Origin: Tubiluchus corallicola
Lineage: Eukaryota; Animalia; Priapulida
Length of the DNA: 34,721 nt
Assembly (NCBI GenBank): GCA_030141605.1
Contig: JAQGDQ010001560.1
Location: 1-34,721, forward strand
Direction of reading: 5' to 3'
Shown piece after piece: positions 12,339 through 26,087 of this stretch (positions are counted from its first letter, which is position 1; the number at the start of each line of letters is the position of its first letter). A program made the translations under genes and the position numbers. The notes below the pieces were generated by a model that was not told where the DNA came from, did not search any database, and saw nothing but the letters and a program-made list of their open reading frames with translations.

Positions 12339-13109
12339 TATATATGCCTGATGGTATTAAAAGCAAAACAAAATGTACCCCAAAGTCCAAAACATAAAAA
12401 CGGGTCACGTTCACAATAACAATGGGTTCTAAACAAAATAGACTGCATTGTTTTGTTGACAATGACGTAGATGTTCCAAAGTTTTGAGTGAAAGCTATTC
12501 CAACACGTAAAAGTAAAGATACAGTTATTAGAATTAATGGATTCAAGTAAGAAAGGGCAGTTTCCACTTGGTCAAGACAGCTTCAATGCTTTTCTGCAAG
12601 AAATTGCACCTATCAAGCTGTATAGCACTTACTATGCAAAAAGAGAAGCTTTTACAGATGCTCTGGTAGCCCATGATATAAACAGTGTATACAGTTTTGA
12701 AAATGCCAATGCATTAAATTCTTTTGTAAACTTGATCAAAGAAGAACATTATGGGTTAAATCTAGCAGATTATTGAATAGCATAATGATGAAATTTCTGA
12801 CATAATGTTTCATCTCGTACTGTAAACAGGAATGCTGATGTTTGATGAATATTTGATGTGGAGTGTTTTAATGAGGAATGTTTGATGTGAAAACAAACTA
12901 ACTTAACTAAGAACCAAACGTTTATTCTCAATACTCACTCATTAACGTATTAAACACCTTAGTAAAAAACGATGTAATGGAGCTTTGTTAACCTTTTCTG
13001 CACATGCACTGCATGAGTCTAGTATTGTAATTAACGAACGTATTGTAATTAATATTTATAAAATGCATCACCTGAAAATAGAAGCATATGTAAATAAATT
13101 CATAATAAA

Positions 13110-13589
<480 letters not shown>

Positions 13590-13977
13590 GTTGCTGTAGT
13601 TAAGTAGTTAAAACTACCAAGCTATAGCTAAGACTAAGCTTTAACACCATCTCGTAAATATTGATTTTTGCCAGCTGCCGGCGTAAAAATGCCAACGAAT
13701 AAAAGTCTAAGCACGTCTATAAAACCACCATAAAGCAAATCGAATTTTATCTGAAAACTAAATTAAATTAGACCACAAAGGTGTCGCGACTTTGCTCGTT
13801 GAACTGAAATTCTTGACAAAAGAATTATCGGTTTAAACGCAAAAGCCTAAGAAGTAAGAATTGTCAATCGGTTGGGACAGCAGTTTATAAAAAAGTGAAT
13901 AAACGCCATTAACCTCTGCTTAATATAATAGTAATTTCATGATGATAAACCTAGATGTGTCTATAAGCTTGGGGGTT

Positions 13978-14328
<351 letters not shown>

Positions 14329-15439
14329 AAATTAGTGCACGAACTGAGTGTTATTATAATATTTATGTGTCTCGTGCGAGTCCTTCAGTAAATCACAACC
14401 ACCCGTGGAGTGATTTATTTGTGTTCAATGCTTTGACTCACTGCACTGTCTATACAAACACCATGATAACTTCTATTGCCACTTCAAATTGTGCGAACAC
14501 AATAGGTTTATTCTTAACTTCGTTTTAAACATGGGTGAAATGAACTGCTATATTTGCATCATTTGCTAACTATCAAACTAATGGTTATTATTATAAATTT
14601 GGGGACAACCACCTTCATGCAATATTAGTCACCATGATTACCTTACTACATAAAACGTACTATAATTAGTTTATTTATAATCAGTTCAGTTAACTTCTAT
14701 AACATTTACTATTTAACGACTTTTGCAGTTGCCTGAATTTAGTTAGCGATACAGTTTTCCCAGAATTTTGTCTTACACGAATTTTTGTTGACTTCTACTT
14801 TAACAATGTTAGCATTATGCACAGATTGCAATGAAACAGAAAATTTTACTTAAATTAAAACATGCCATATAAATCGCTTTGCGTAACTATGCTCATTTCT
14901 GAAACGTTGAAAGGCTAGAACTACATTGAGTCGATTCATTAGAGGAAACCACGTGACTCCATTGAAGCCATGCAGCTCTGTTAAAACTATGCACCTATGT
15001 TGAAACTATGCAACTCTGTTGTTATCAAACTAACAGCATGTCTTTAGAGCTAGCAAGTGGGGGTATTAGCATTGAAATCACGTTTGAATCCTTTTCCACG
15101 AGAGGGCTTTTTCTGCTCTTTAGAGTCGGAAAGCACGTGGCATTAAAGATTTAAACCGAAGAGAGCTGGTTGGTTAAAATTCTAAAAAAAACATTTCACT
15201 AGAGACGTTAGATCAGCTCCAAGTAGAATTTCAGTAACTGATGTTGAATTCCCATTTGATTTTCATTCATCTGCATGAAGTTAATCGAATAAAATTTTAA
15301 CAACATTTTTGCCATAACGTAAAAGCATGTATATTGGATGTCCCAAAATTTTCGTCCTGATAAAACGTTATTTTATTCGTGTTCTTATTTCTGAAAAACG
15401 TGCATTTATTTTAGTATACATTATGGCAAGCAGCAAAAA

Positions 15440-15706
15440 AGTGTCAAGCAATCAGCGGATGGGCGTATTTACCATGATAAGTGGCACGACTCGAACCTAG
15501 CCTAATTAGCAAAGGTAATCCTCTAAGATGAGGTAAGAACCAGAAAAGGGATTAGTCATGTCCGGGTATTTATGCCTCCTCCCTCAACAAGAGGAACAGC
15601 CAGCAGCAGTCTGGTACAAACTACACTCATCCACTTACTACTCAGGTCTACCACTTTTTAGTTTTGATCGTCAGGTACACACCATAACCACTCAGCTATA
15701 TTGCTT
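15440..15706 (-). mobile_element. Possible interrupted tRNA-derived SINE head (boundaries approximate)
   Basis: Minus-strand A-box-like TAGCTGAGTGG (15688..15698) and B-box GGTTCGAGTC (15488..15497), but about 190 nt apart. Confidence 0.35.
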
Positions 15707-16841
15707 ACCATTTTCATACTTAAAATTTTCACTGCAAACAGAAAATTTAATTGCTATTAGAAGTTTAAGATAAATTTTTGGGATTCATTCAAATTCGTTT
15801 TATGAAAATAATGTTCCAGGTATAAAATCAAAGAAATTTGGCATTGTGACTGTAACATCAAAGTTTTTGAAACATACAACAAATACAAACTATACTATGT
15901 AAATATGTTAAAAATTTCAAACCATCAATATTATTAGATTTTGAATTAAATAAAGTTTTCGTGAGCCACTTGCCATAATGTATAACAAATAAGCAGAGAT
16001 GAAAAAAGCGTGACGCAGAATAAAGCTGTAGTTTTATTACTGGCAATTGCTCACAAAAGTTTTTATTTTACCTTTTATAAAAAAATCGCATCATAAATTG
16101 CAAATATTTAATACAAAAACACCAATAATTACAACACAGCAAAAGTACTTTGATTTTTAATGTCTAATCATGCTTATGCTTCCGATACTGCTCACTAATT
16201 TCATGCTTATGCTTCCGATTTGCTCACTAATTTCATGCTCCGGCTACAGGACAAACAGGTGTTAATTTTTGACAGATGTTAAACCAAAATAGAGGCTAAA
16301 CAGGCTAACATAGAATGCTAAAAATTTATCTAACTTACTACACAGTATACGGTTAGAAGAAAAGCAGGATAACAAATTCATCAAGTTTTTACACAATAGG
16401 AATTCTGGCAACTCGAATTAGTTGGAGGAAGTTTTTAATAACTTTAAGCCTTAATACAGTAATTGCACTTCAGATAAAATACATCAGCAGATGTGTGTAG
16501 ACTTTCTCCAAGCAATAAACTGCCTTACAACACTTCCATACATGGATATAAATACAATATGATATTATTTACATGTTTATTCATGTCAATATTATTGCCA
16601 CAACTTCTTGACAATAATAGGCATAAATTTCTGAGTGGAGTTGCTTTTAGCAATGCCTGTGCTTATGTTGACTAAAACTAAGACAGTTAAATGAGAAATA
16701 AGTTTCTTAGTTACAGAGTTACAACATTTAAGCAAACAACAGGCTGTACAGGCAGCAATAAACAGCTACTAATTCAAAAGCCACTAATTGAAAATATTTA
16801 AAATACTGTATGCAAACCTTTTGATTTTTATATTGAAAAAT

Positions 16842-18152
16842 CTATTTGCACCCATTAAATGTGAAATGAAGTAACGAATCCTTCATAGGATCGCAAACTG
16901 AATCTGGAGTGCAATAAGCTGCCTTGGCAATGGACTCCACCTTTTTAATGTACTCATTGCTTTGCTCTTTCGAAACTTCCAGGAAAAATTTTGTGGATTC
17001 AATTATAACTTTGGCATCCTGTTTAAAAGTAACGCTCAGCTCTGGTGTTAAATTGTGAACCAGAGCTCCGGATATGAAGATCACATCAAAATAGTCTTTG
17101 TATGCCTCTTTTAGATGCAATGTTGCACCACCATTTATAGGCAAGAAGTGGATTACTGACTTATCTTCAAACACTTCAAACTCTTTACCTTCAGAATCCA
17201 CATTTCCTTTCGTCGATTGATCAGATTCATCTTCCCTGTACTCTTTGCCATGGCATAACTCATACAACATTGAAGTCACATTGATTTCAGACACATCTCT
17301 AGCAGTTTTTGTATAAACTCCATTAAGTTTTTTCATTGCACCAGCATCTTCACATTCCAAGCCATAGGAAATATAAGGCGATGTCACAATATCTCCCCAG
17401 TATCCCCAAATGAGGGTGTTTCGGGAACTATTTGGGACTGACTTTAGCGATGCAAGAGTTTTGTTAGGATAAATAAAATCGCCCTCTCTCGACTCAAATG
17501 CTATACCCATTTCTCTCCACTTTTTGTATTCTCTTTTATGAACAATGTCAGCTTTACGGTCACATAGTTTCATGCTGTAATCCCAGTCATAGATATTTTC
17601 ACGAGTATCATATCTTGTACCCAGGTGCTGTCTAATTCTGTTCTCCCACATTTGTGCAATAAAAAAATTCTCATCTTTTCTCCAAAACTTGTAAATAGCT
17701 TCCAAGACATCTCTTTCCTTAAATTTCAAGTGTGACAGGCTTAGGAAATGCAATTTGTCTGGAATATCTAGCTCAGATACTATTTTGATCAGTTCTGTAG
17801 CTTTTTCAGTTATATAATCTCTGGTTTTGCTTCTTATCAACGCGTTGCCAAACATTTCTAAGAATAATTCTACTTTTTCACACAAGCCCATTCTTTCTGA
17901 TGACTCTGCCACCAAGCACATGAGCAATATCTCTCTTGCTATGATTTCTAGATGACTTTCAAGGACATAGAAACTTATTTTACCTGAGATATTTTGCTTA
18001 TATAGTCTAGATAATGATTTCAAGATATGCCGTCCGTCGCAAGAACCTATCAGTAAAATATTCGGATTAGTTTTACCCGACGGTAAAAACTCACACAAAT
18101 CAAGAGCAGGTGAATGACCCCACAGGGTTATGGAACCCATGCCTGATGTCAT
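16842..18152 (-). CDS. DNAAF3: Dynein axonemal assembly factor 3 (PF22/C19orf51 homolog), 436 aa, uninterrupted ORF
   Basis: Family motifs appear in the expected order: WGHSPALDL, LLIGSCDGRHILK, ERMGLCEKVELFLEMFGN, LKFKERDVLE, WENRIRQHLGTRYD, DWDYSMKL, PNKTLAS, GYWGDIVTSPYISYG. Confidence 0.96.
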   Translation of the reverse strand: MTSGMGSITLWGHSPALDLCEFLPSGKTNPNILLIGSCDGRHILKSLSRLYKQNISGKISFYVLESHLEIIAREILLMCLVAESSERMGLCEKVELFLEMFGNALIRSKTRDYITEKATELIKIVSELDIPDKLHFLSLSHLKFKERDVLEAIYKFWRKDENFFIAQMWENRIRQHLGTRYDTRENIYDWDYSMKLCDRKADIVHKREYKKWREMGIAFESREGDFIYPNKTLASLKSVPNSSRNTLIWGYWGDIVTSPYISYGLECEDAGAMKKLNGVYTKTARDVSEINVTSMLYELCHGKEYREDESDQSTKGNVDSEGKEFEVFEDKSVIHFLPINGGATLHLKEAYKDYFDVIFISGALVHNLTPELSVTFKQDAKVIIESTKFFLEVSKEQSNEYIKKVESIAKAAYCTPDSVCDPMKDSLLHFTFNGCK

Positions 18153-18239
18153 GTCTTCTGTTTTGGTCCAAAACTGCGATTACTAATAAACGTTTTACCA
18201 GTTAATTCGCTGAAGTAACTCACTAATCTACGTACACTA

Positions 18240-18390
18240 AGTGTTTACAACTGCGCACGCCATTTGTAAACAAAGCCTTGGTAACGGGCTCGCGAGGGGT
18301 TTGGGAACGTAGTCGAACGGACTGCGTAACAAAGGGGCAGCAGTTGGCATGGCAGCAAGCTAGCAGTTGCCGCTCGTTTATTGTGTTTAC
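18240..18390 (-). promoter_or_regulatory. Putative DNAAF3 proximal promoter with forkhead (FoxJ1-type) and RFX X-box-like sites
   Basis: CpG-richer patch. TGTTTAC at 18242..18248 and 18384..18390, GTAAACA at 18266..18272, X-box-like AAAGCCTTGGTAAC at 18272..18285 and GTTGGCATGGCAGC at 18343..18356. FoxJ1/RFX control of motile-cilia genes is established; function of these sites is inferred. Confidence 0.55.
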
Positions 18391-19020
18391 CGTGACCCCG
18401 CTGAATCCTCTTCATCCCTTAGGTCCTTAGGATGAGCTCAAAATAATGACATGGTGGTAGGGTTTCTTTATTCATCACAATTGTATTCAAATTCTGTATC
18501 AAACATTTTTCTCGATTTCATATAGTTTCCAATAAATCATAAACTCTTTATAATGTTTCTCAGCTTGCACTTAGAATCTCTGTCTGTCTGCCTTCACATT
18601 TGTTTCTATATAACATGGTTTTCTTTTTATTTACAAGTTGAAAAAGTACTCGGCTGAATCCTCTGCTGAACTAGACAAAAGAAACAATAAATTGTTTTTA
18701 GCAAAAGTTCTTGTAATTTTGTTTAACTTACACTTAATCTGTACCGCCATTTTTCGTCATTTCATTTTTTACCTTTATAAAAAATCTCGTTTACAGTTTC
18801 TTCTGTGCAGCTGTCTCTTTTGTTAACTTAGTACACCAGCCACTATCCATTTGCAACAACTTTCTGTAGTAGCTGCTAAAAATGGTTTTTATTTGATCTA
18901 AATCCTCTTTCAAAATATCATCATTTCTCCTTGCAACCCCTTCTTCTCTTTTAGGCTTATCTATTTTTTCTTAAATTTCCAGAAGGAATTAGCGTCGAAA
19001 TTACCATTCACTGATACCAC
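18378..19020 (-). mobile_element. Decayed LINE fragment (ORF2 linker remnant and possible 3' end)
   Basis: Frameshifted minus-strand translation NGNFDANSFWKFKKK / IDKPKREEGVARRNDDILKEDLDQIKTIFSSYYRKLL resembles the endonuclease-RT linker of LINE ORF2. A hairpin-like CTCATCCTAAGGACCTAAGGGATGAAG lies near 18410..18436. Confidence 0.5.
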
Positions 19021-19021
19021 C

Positions 19022-19473
19022 CAGTGGCAGATTTAAGGGGTGGGCCCAAGAGGCCTGGGCTCCCTTTCATAGTAGCAGTTACCGCACACCAAGTGAATAT
19101 TTTCTCTGGATTATAAGCTTTAGAAGGTTTAGTGGTAGCTTTTAATGATTTTTATCGAGTAAAAAGTTCTGCATTAATGATTTCAGTGTAAAAACATTTG
19201 TGCCCTTTAACTGATAATTGAAGTTTTTGGCAAAGATGTCGCTGTGCGCAATTATATGCTATACTAGCGTGTTTACTAGTGTATTGGTGTGTAATTAAGA
19301 GTCAAAAGTTTGAGGTGACATAATGAGTTTTAAACTATTGAATTTGCTTAAGGAAATAGTAAGAAAAATGGTCTAAAATGCAGTAAAATGCATCGGTAAC
19401 CGGGGTTCCCTAGACCCCCTAGCTGCCTTTTCGCTGGGCCCCACCATTTTTCTAAGACCTGTATCCGCCGCTG
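19022..19473. mobile_element. Old hAT-like MITE
   Basis: Imperfect TIRs CAGTGGCAGATTTA / TGTATCCGCCGCTG with subterminal GGGCCC motifs. No TSD is recognisable. Confidence 0.65.
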
Positions 19474-19656
19474 CTAACTGCTAATTAGGTGAAATGAGCT
19501 CATGCTTTACGAAAAATGTGAACCTAGCCCAAGAATAATTTAAATATCGGCGCAACTCGTGAGTTTAGCAATTTGAAATGAATAAACTGCTCAAGAAATC
19601 AAATCACTGTTTCGTCTGTATCTACAATTATGAGCAATCCTAAATAGGTCCTATAT

Positions 19657-20077
19657 CAGGGGTGTGCAAATTGCGGCCCGCGAAGAGATTTGTCAACCTA
19701 ATGAAAGTGCGGCCCGGGCGATTAATTGAGTGTATCCAGCTGAAGTCCGTGCCACGATCCCAAAGATAGTGCGGGTAGTTTTTTCTACTAGATTGGATGC
19801 CATTAACCCTTACAAGACGGTTGTAGCTTAATCTCACTGTACTACACAGACTGTGTGATACGCATTACTAATATGGATTGTAAAGAAATTACCACTATCT
19901 GTCCCGAAAGTAGAAATATATGGTTTGTAATATAAATTTTAATAACTTCTAAAATAGTTTCTTGAGTGTAGTAGTAATGATGTACGCAGGTCGGATGCAA
20001 AAAAATCGTCTGTGGCCCACAGGAATTGCGGGAAAGTTTAATGTGGCCCGGCTAGTCAGATAATTTGCACACCCACG
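19657..20077. mobile_element. hAT-like (Charlie-type) MITE
   Basis: TIRs CAGGGGTGTGCAAATT / AATTTGCACACCCACG, repeated TGYGGCCC subterminal motifs, and an 8-bp TSD TCCTATAT / TCCTACAT (7 of 8). Confidence 0.85.
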
Positions 20078-20686
20078 TCCTACATTATTAGGTTTAAGCT
20101 GAGGTCAGAACTACAGAACCCGAGTTGATTTTTGCTCCTGTTTATTCCAATAGTTTCCAACGTGAATATGAAACAAATATGGGAAACCTTCGAACTTGCA
20201 TCGTTTATAACAAACGTAATTATTACACCCACACGCTTCTGTACAGATGCGTTTGTAGGACAATCGTTACAATGTCGCATTTAGTAGCTAACCTACTTTG
20301 CTGAGATTCAGCAGGGCTAGCTCAAGAATCGAATGACTGCATTAGAATTGCAATTCAGATTCAGTTCTTAATTGAGGTAATAAGGCAACGTTGCATGTTG
20401 CCCATCAAGCGGCACAACGAGCTGCTAGTGATTTAAAGCGGCTCCACGCTGCAGAAATTCTTGCACTTCCACAAAATAGAAGCCAATCGATTATGCAAAG
20501 ATGGAGAATCAGTTATATGATCATATTATGCAATGTCATCAGCAGATGGCCATCTGATGTTTGCTTGTTATCTGTGCGAAGACTTGTACATTAAAGATGG
20601 GATCCAGAATGGTTTGTACGCATCAAAATACAGAATAATTTATTTATCTCAATAACATAATCAACATAGCATTAACAAATGATGTG

Positions 20687-20931
20687 CAGGGCCTATTTCA
20701 GCCTAGGCAAGGCACGGGGAAGTGGGGCATGTGAGGCCTCATCGGGGGAGGGGGGTGGCGAAGCGCCGGGCGCCCAGAAAATTTTTGAACTGCTAGAACG
20801 TCGGAGAAGCATTTTCGAAGAAAAAATATGGAGTTATACAGTTGTTAAAGGAAAGAACAATTGAAAGAAAAACTGCTTTATTCTCAAGACCAGTCCTTAA
20901 TACTTGGCAATACTGGCAAACGGCGCGCGTG

Positions 20932-20978
<47 letters not shown>

Positions 20979-21071
20979 AGAGAGGAGGCAATATGTTCGC
21001 ATAAAGCAAAAAAAAAATGTTACCTTGGTGGGAGGCCCCCCTAGAAGGTGAGCCCCTTGAAATAGGCCCTG
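20687..21071 (-). mobile_element. hAT-like MITE with (GA)n core
   Basis: Perfect 14-bp TIRs CAGGGCCTATTTCA / TGAAATAGGCCCTG and perfect 8-bp TSD ATGATGTG (20679..20686, 21072..21079). Strand is given relative to the 33798 copy. Confidence 0.95.
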
Positions 21072-21791
21072 ATGATGTGACTACTAAGAGAGACAGGGTT
21101 GTGAAAAGACCGAAAGGTCATCGAGTCTACCATCCTTCTACTAATTTAATAACAAAACTAGTACAAATAGATTAGTACTGTGAGCTATGTAAATTAAACT
21201 TAAACGTGAATGTAAATTAAATTATTATATTTTATTTAAAGCATTATTCTTGTAGGGAAGCAGTTAGTAGCGCATGCATATGTTATACTTGCATAGCTGG
21301 ATTAGTCAGTAATATGTGAAAATAATTTTAAGTCACAAATTAAAATTAATCAATACTTTTCATGGTACAGACAAAATGTTTAGCGTCTGAAAGTTTACAG
21401 AAGTGTTGTAGATTGTTGCAGCAGTACTTTTACGAATCCCTACAAATTTCTACTAGAATAAGCTATAGTACAAACACCCGCTCAGTAAATCATTTTTACA
21501 AATTACGCTATTTTAGACTATACCAAATTTTTGTACAATTTCAGAGCGGGTATCTTGCAAGCAATGACGGATTTCCAGCAGACACATAAACAACTTTGAT
21601 GAAGAAAAAGCTCGATGCAAAGACTTAAAATCAAAGTGCAGGGAAACGTAAGCCTATTATGACATCACGTAGTATGTAGAAAATAAGTCACGCAGTAGGC
21701 CTAATTATTAGGGTTGCTTATGCTTCGTAGACCTATTCGAACTGCAAACATTTTCAGTGTATTTCTAAACTTTAACTCAGAGAATACTCAC

Positions 21792-22131
21792 CCTTATCTG
21801 TTTGTGCATCACTGCTAGCTTTTGCTAGAATTTCTTCTTCCGGTAACATCCCTTTTTGCACAAGAACCGGAACCACTGATAGAGGCACCTCCTCGACCTG
21901 CACGGTCAAGTTTATTCCCCTGTTTTCCAGTTCCCGGAACACGTGTAAGTAACAGCTGTTCAGGGCAAAATATGTCCCGTCTTTTTTTACAACTTGTATC
22001 TTCGGTAGTCCCATCTTTTCCTCTAAGAACTCACATACAAGATTGTTTATAATTTTGGAATCCGGAATTCCGAATGTTGTCCCGTTATTCGCGTCCCGGA
22101 TAAAGTGGATTAGGGATGTTTGTAGTAGCAT
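21792..22131 (-). CDS. First coding exon of an unidentified gene (exon 22225..21792); possible degenerate ParB/sulfiredoxin-like domain
   Basis: Acceptor TTTTGTTTTCAG ending at 22226, in-frame upstream TAG, GATACCATG start context, 113 open codons of globular-looking sequence, donor AAGG|GTGAGT at 21791 (phase 1). Confidence 0.7.
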
Positions 22132-22259
22132 GGTATCCTGTTGATCAGGGCGTGCTGCTCTGCGTGCATGGAGTGTCTAATAGGACGCCACCTCTCGGTC
22201 ATTTAAGATTACATCCCCCGAGGAACTGAAAACAAAATATAATAATTTGATATCATTAA

Positions 22260-22707
22260 CCCTTTCATCCCCGTTGTATCCCGTGGGATACGAGAATATT
22301 TTCTGCCTTTAAGATTAATAAAATTGTAAAACTGACAGTTATTTGATCTGTTAATAGTTATTTTGATTTAAACCAATAACAATAGACTAAAAATAGTGAT
22401 AAAATGGCAAACTAGAAAATCTACATAGCATAAAAAACTGCGCGAGGTACAGTACTTTACAGATGACTTTGTACAAATCAGCATAGCATGCATACTACAT
22501 GTCTTAAATACTTCAGCAGTTGCAAAATGAAGCATATTTTATGCTTCCATTGAATCCCAATGTATCCCGTGGAATACAGGCTATATTTAGCACGCGGGCA
22601 CAGGTAGAAAAAATAATTATTATGTGTAAACAAGATTGGCATACTGAACAAAAGTACCAAACCAAAAAATGTTTTCTCATTAAAAAAATAATTTGGGACT
22701 GAAAGTG
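22260..22707. mobile_element. piggyBac-like MITE in the intron just upstream of the 22225 exon
   Basis: TTAA on both sides (22256..22259, 22708..22711), imperfect TIRs CCCTTTCATCCC / GGGACTGAAAGTG, and the near-palindrome TGTATCCCGTGGRATAC present twice. Confidence 0.8.
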
Positions 22708-22853
22708 TTAACAAAACTATTGCAGCAATGTGCCAAGAAAACATAATTGATTACGTAATTAAACTTTGCTAGGATACCTTTGCAAAAGGTTCAATAACGC
22801 GAATACACGGTCTTCTGGACTTGCGTCATAAATTACGCAACTAACGAGGTGAC

Positions 22854-22977
22854 GACACAAGGACAATCGTTACCGTAGAAACGACACATATCTGACACAA
22901 AGACAATCGTTACCGTAGAAACGACACATATCTGACACAAAGACAATCGTTACCGTAGAAACGACACATATCTGACA
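22854..22977. repeat. 40-bp tandem repeat x3, each copy carrying X-box-like GTTACCGTAGAAAC
   Basis: Motif at 22869, 22909 and 22949. Confidence 0.92.
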
Positions 22978-23469
22978 GGGACAATAAGAAAAGGCATTAT
23001 TGCATCTTGCCAATCACTTCCAAACGGTGCTACTGTAAAACCCGCACCGTAAAATTCGAAGGTTAAAGGAAAGACGTCAGCTATTGACCGCCCTGTCTTT
23101 ATGTAGCAAATTGTAAAGGTGAGTTTCTTACCTTTTCTATTATTGAAACAGACCTTGTTGGTGCAGTAGTCACAATGTGTCATAATTGGGATTTTACCTT
23201 GGTGAATAGCAGATCAAACACATTAAACTGCACGCATTTGTATATTAAATTAAGCTGTGTTTAGCAAAATGCTTGTATTTCTACGATGTATCATTTTATA
23301 TAACATGAATGCTTGCATTTCTACAAAGCATCAATGTAACATGGCATGTTGCGTGAAAATGTCCATTTATTTTATTTGAAATGTATGAACTCTACGAAAT
23401 ATATTTCATTGTTTTTACTCCATGTGAAAAAGTGGCTAGGATCTTGGAAACATGTCATGGTTAAATGAG

Positions 23470-24272
<803 letters not shown>

Positions 24273-24728
24273 AATTGATAATTGAGTATGTCTACAACAC
24301 TTGCTTACTTACAAAGGCACTTGTTACAAAGTCACAATAAAATCATTAGACGATAGCCAATAATGATGCTTGATTAATATCCCTAATGAAGCGGTATATT
24401 AACCAGTTTCGGTCTGCTAGAACTGGGCTTCAATATCCAGGCAACGCCGCAAGCGTTTCAAAAATATCTCTCTTAATTTTCTTCGTTTAGCCTAAAAAAT
24501 TAATTATTACGACGCGTTGGCTAAACGTGTCGCGGTTAACTGCATCGTTTATTAACATTCTCGACTATTCAGTGTAATTATAATCGTCAATTACAAGAGT
24601 CAACTGAAAATTTTGCTATAAAAATAGTCAATCTCTAGTTTTCGGTTAAGCCTAAAACTGAAGATTCTGCATCAGTAGTTCTTACAGGAACAGATGCCAC
24701 ACGAACGGCAATATACAATTGCACAGTT

Positions 24729-25222
24729 TGAATGAATGAATGAATGAATAAATGAATGAGTGAGTGAATGAATGAATGAATGAATGAGTGAGTAAGTGAG
24801 TGAGTGAGTGAATAAGTGATTGAATGAATGAATGAATGAATAAATAAAGGAATGAATGAATGAATGAATAAATGAATGAATGAATGAATGAATGAATGAG
24901 TGAATGAATGAATGAATGAATGAATGAATGAATGAATGAATGAATGAATGAATGAATGAATGAATGAATGAATGAATGAATGAATGAATGAATGAATGAA
25001 TGAGTGAATGAATGAATGAATGAATGAATGAATGAATGAATGAATGAATGAATGAATGAATGAATGAATGAATGAATGAATGAATGAATGAGTGAGTGAA
25101 TGAATGAGTGAGTGAATGAATGAATGAATGAATGAATGAATGAATGAATGAATGAATGAATGAATGAATGAATGAATGAATGAATGAACGAACGAACGAA
25201 CGAACGAACGAACGAACGAACG
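24729..25222. repeat. (GAAT)n microsatellite grading into (GAAC)n
   Basis: Seen directly. It explains the HSFI-repeat ORFs. Confidence 0.98.
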
Positions 25223-26087
25223 AGTCAACGGTCGATAATCGAATAAATAAATAAACAACTACGTGAACGAATAAACAAAGCAACCAACCAATTACCCAAT
25301 CAACGAATGAGAGAATATACTAAAAGTGCACCGACAGGCGTATGACCGAAAGAACAAACAAACAACGAAGCAGATAAATAAGTCGCGTTTCGAAACTTTC
25401 GAAAATTTGTGATGCTGATAGCTAGTTTAGTTAACTCAATAAAAGCCCTAGATGCCACACTAAATCATCCAGTTTCTCGCTTCACAGTTTAAAGACAGTC
25501 ATTTACACGCTAATGGCCTTACAAACACAATCAGTTACGCAGCCTAAGTTCGTTGAGACAGTTAGTTTCTCGCCATTTTCATCGCTGCGTCCATTATTTA
25601 CTGAAATACAGAGGGCGCTGTCTTAATAAAGCAAATTGGATGTCAGTAAATCACCCATTCGTGGCGCGCGTTAGCCTCAAAAATAGGATAGAATCGGAAG
25701 TTTTAGATTGTCCTGTTAATTTTATGGGAAGCGCGTTTTGGACAAGTCTCGCAACATGTTTATCTAAAAGAGGAGTAGATTTTGTTGCTAGTGTCGTCAT
25801 CATCATCATCATCATTGGTGGCATTCCAATCACCATCATGCCGTCACTACAACGATCATAATTGTTTACAAATGCATGGCTATAGATTTTTCTGGTTACA
25901 CCAAGTCAAAAATGAGCACTTTTTCAGCTCATGTACACATCCGTGTCCTCGTCATAATCGTCGTCGTCGTCGCCACGGATGACAATTTTGTGGACTCAAT
26001 TTCGTTAGTTTGTCCTACATTATCTTGAAGCGTGACCCTTGAAGCCGAGCTGTAGTCCTGTTCCTTCATCGTTAGAGTTTTGGTCAT

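Noticed and set aside
16168-16239. 32/33-bp duplication, about 2 copies
   Set aside because: Ordinary local slippage duplication.
20679-21051. ORFs inside the MITEs (also 33759..34116)
   Set aside because: They are short frames across non-coding MITE sequence and (GA)n, with no transposase motifs.
21545-21647. Plus-strand exon-like segment (TTTCAG ... GTAAGC)
   Set aside because: Stops occur in all three frames and there is no other support.
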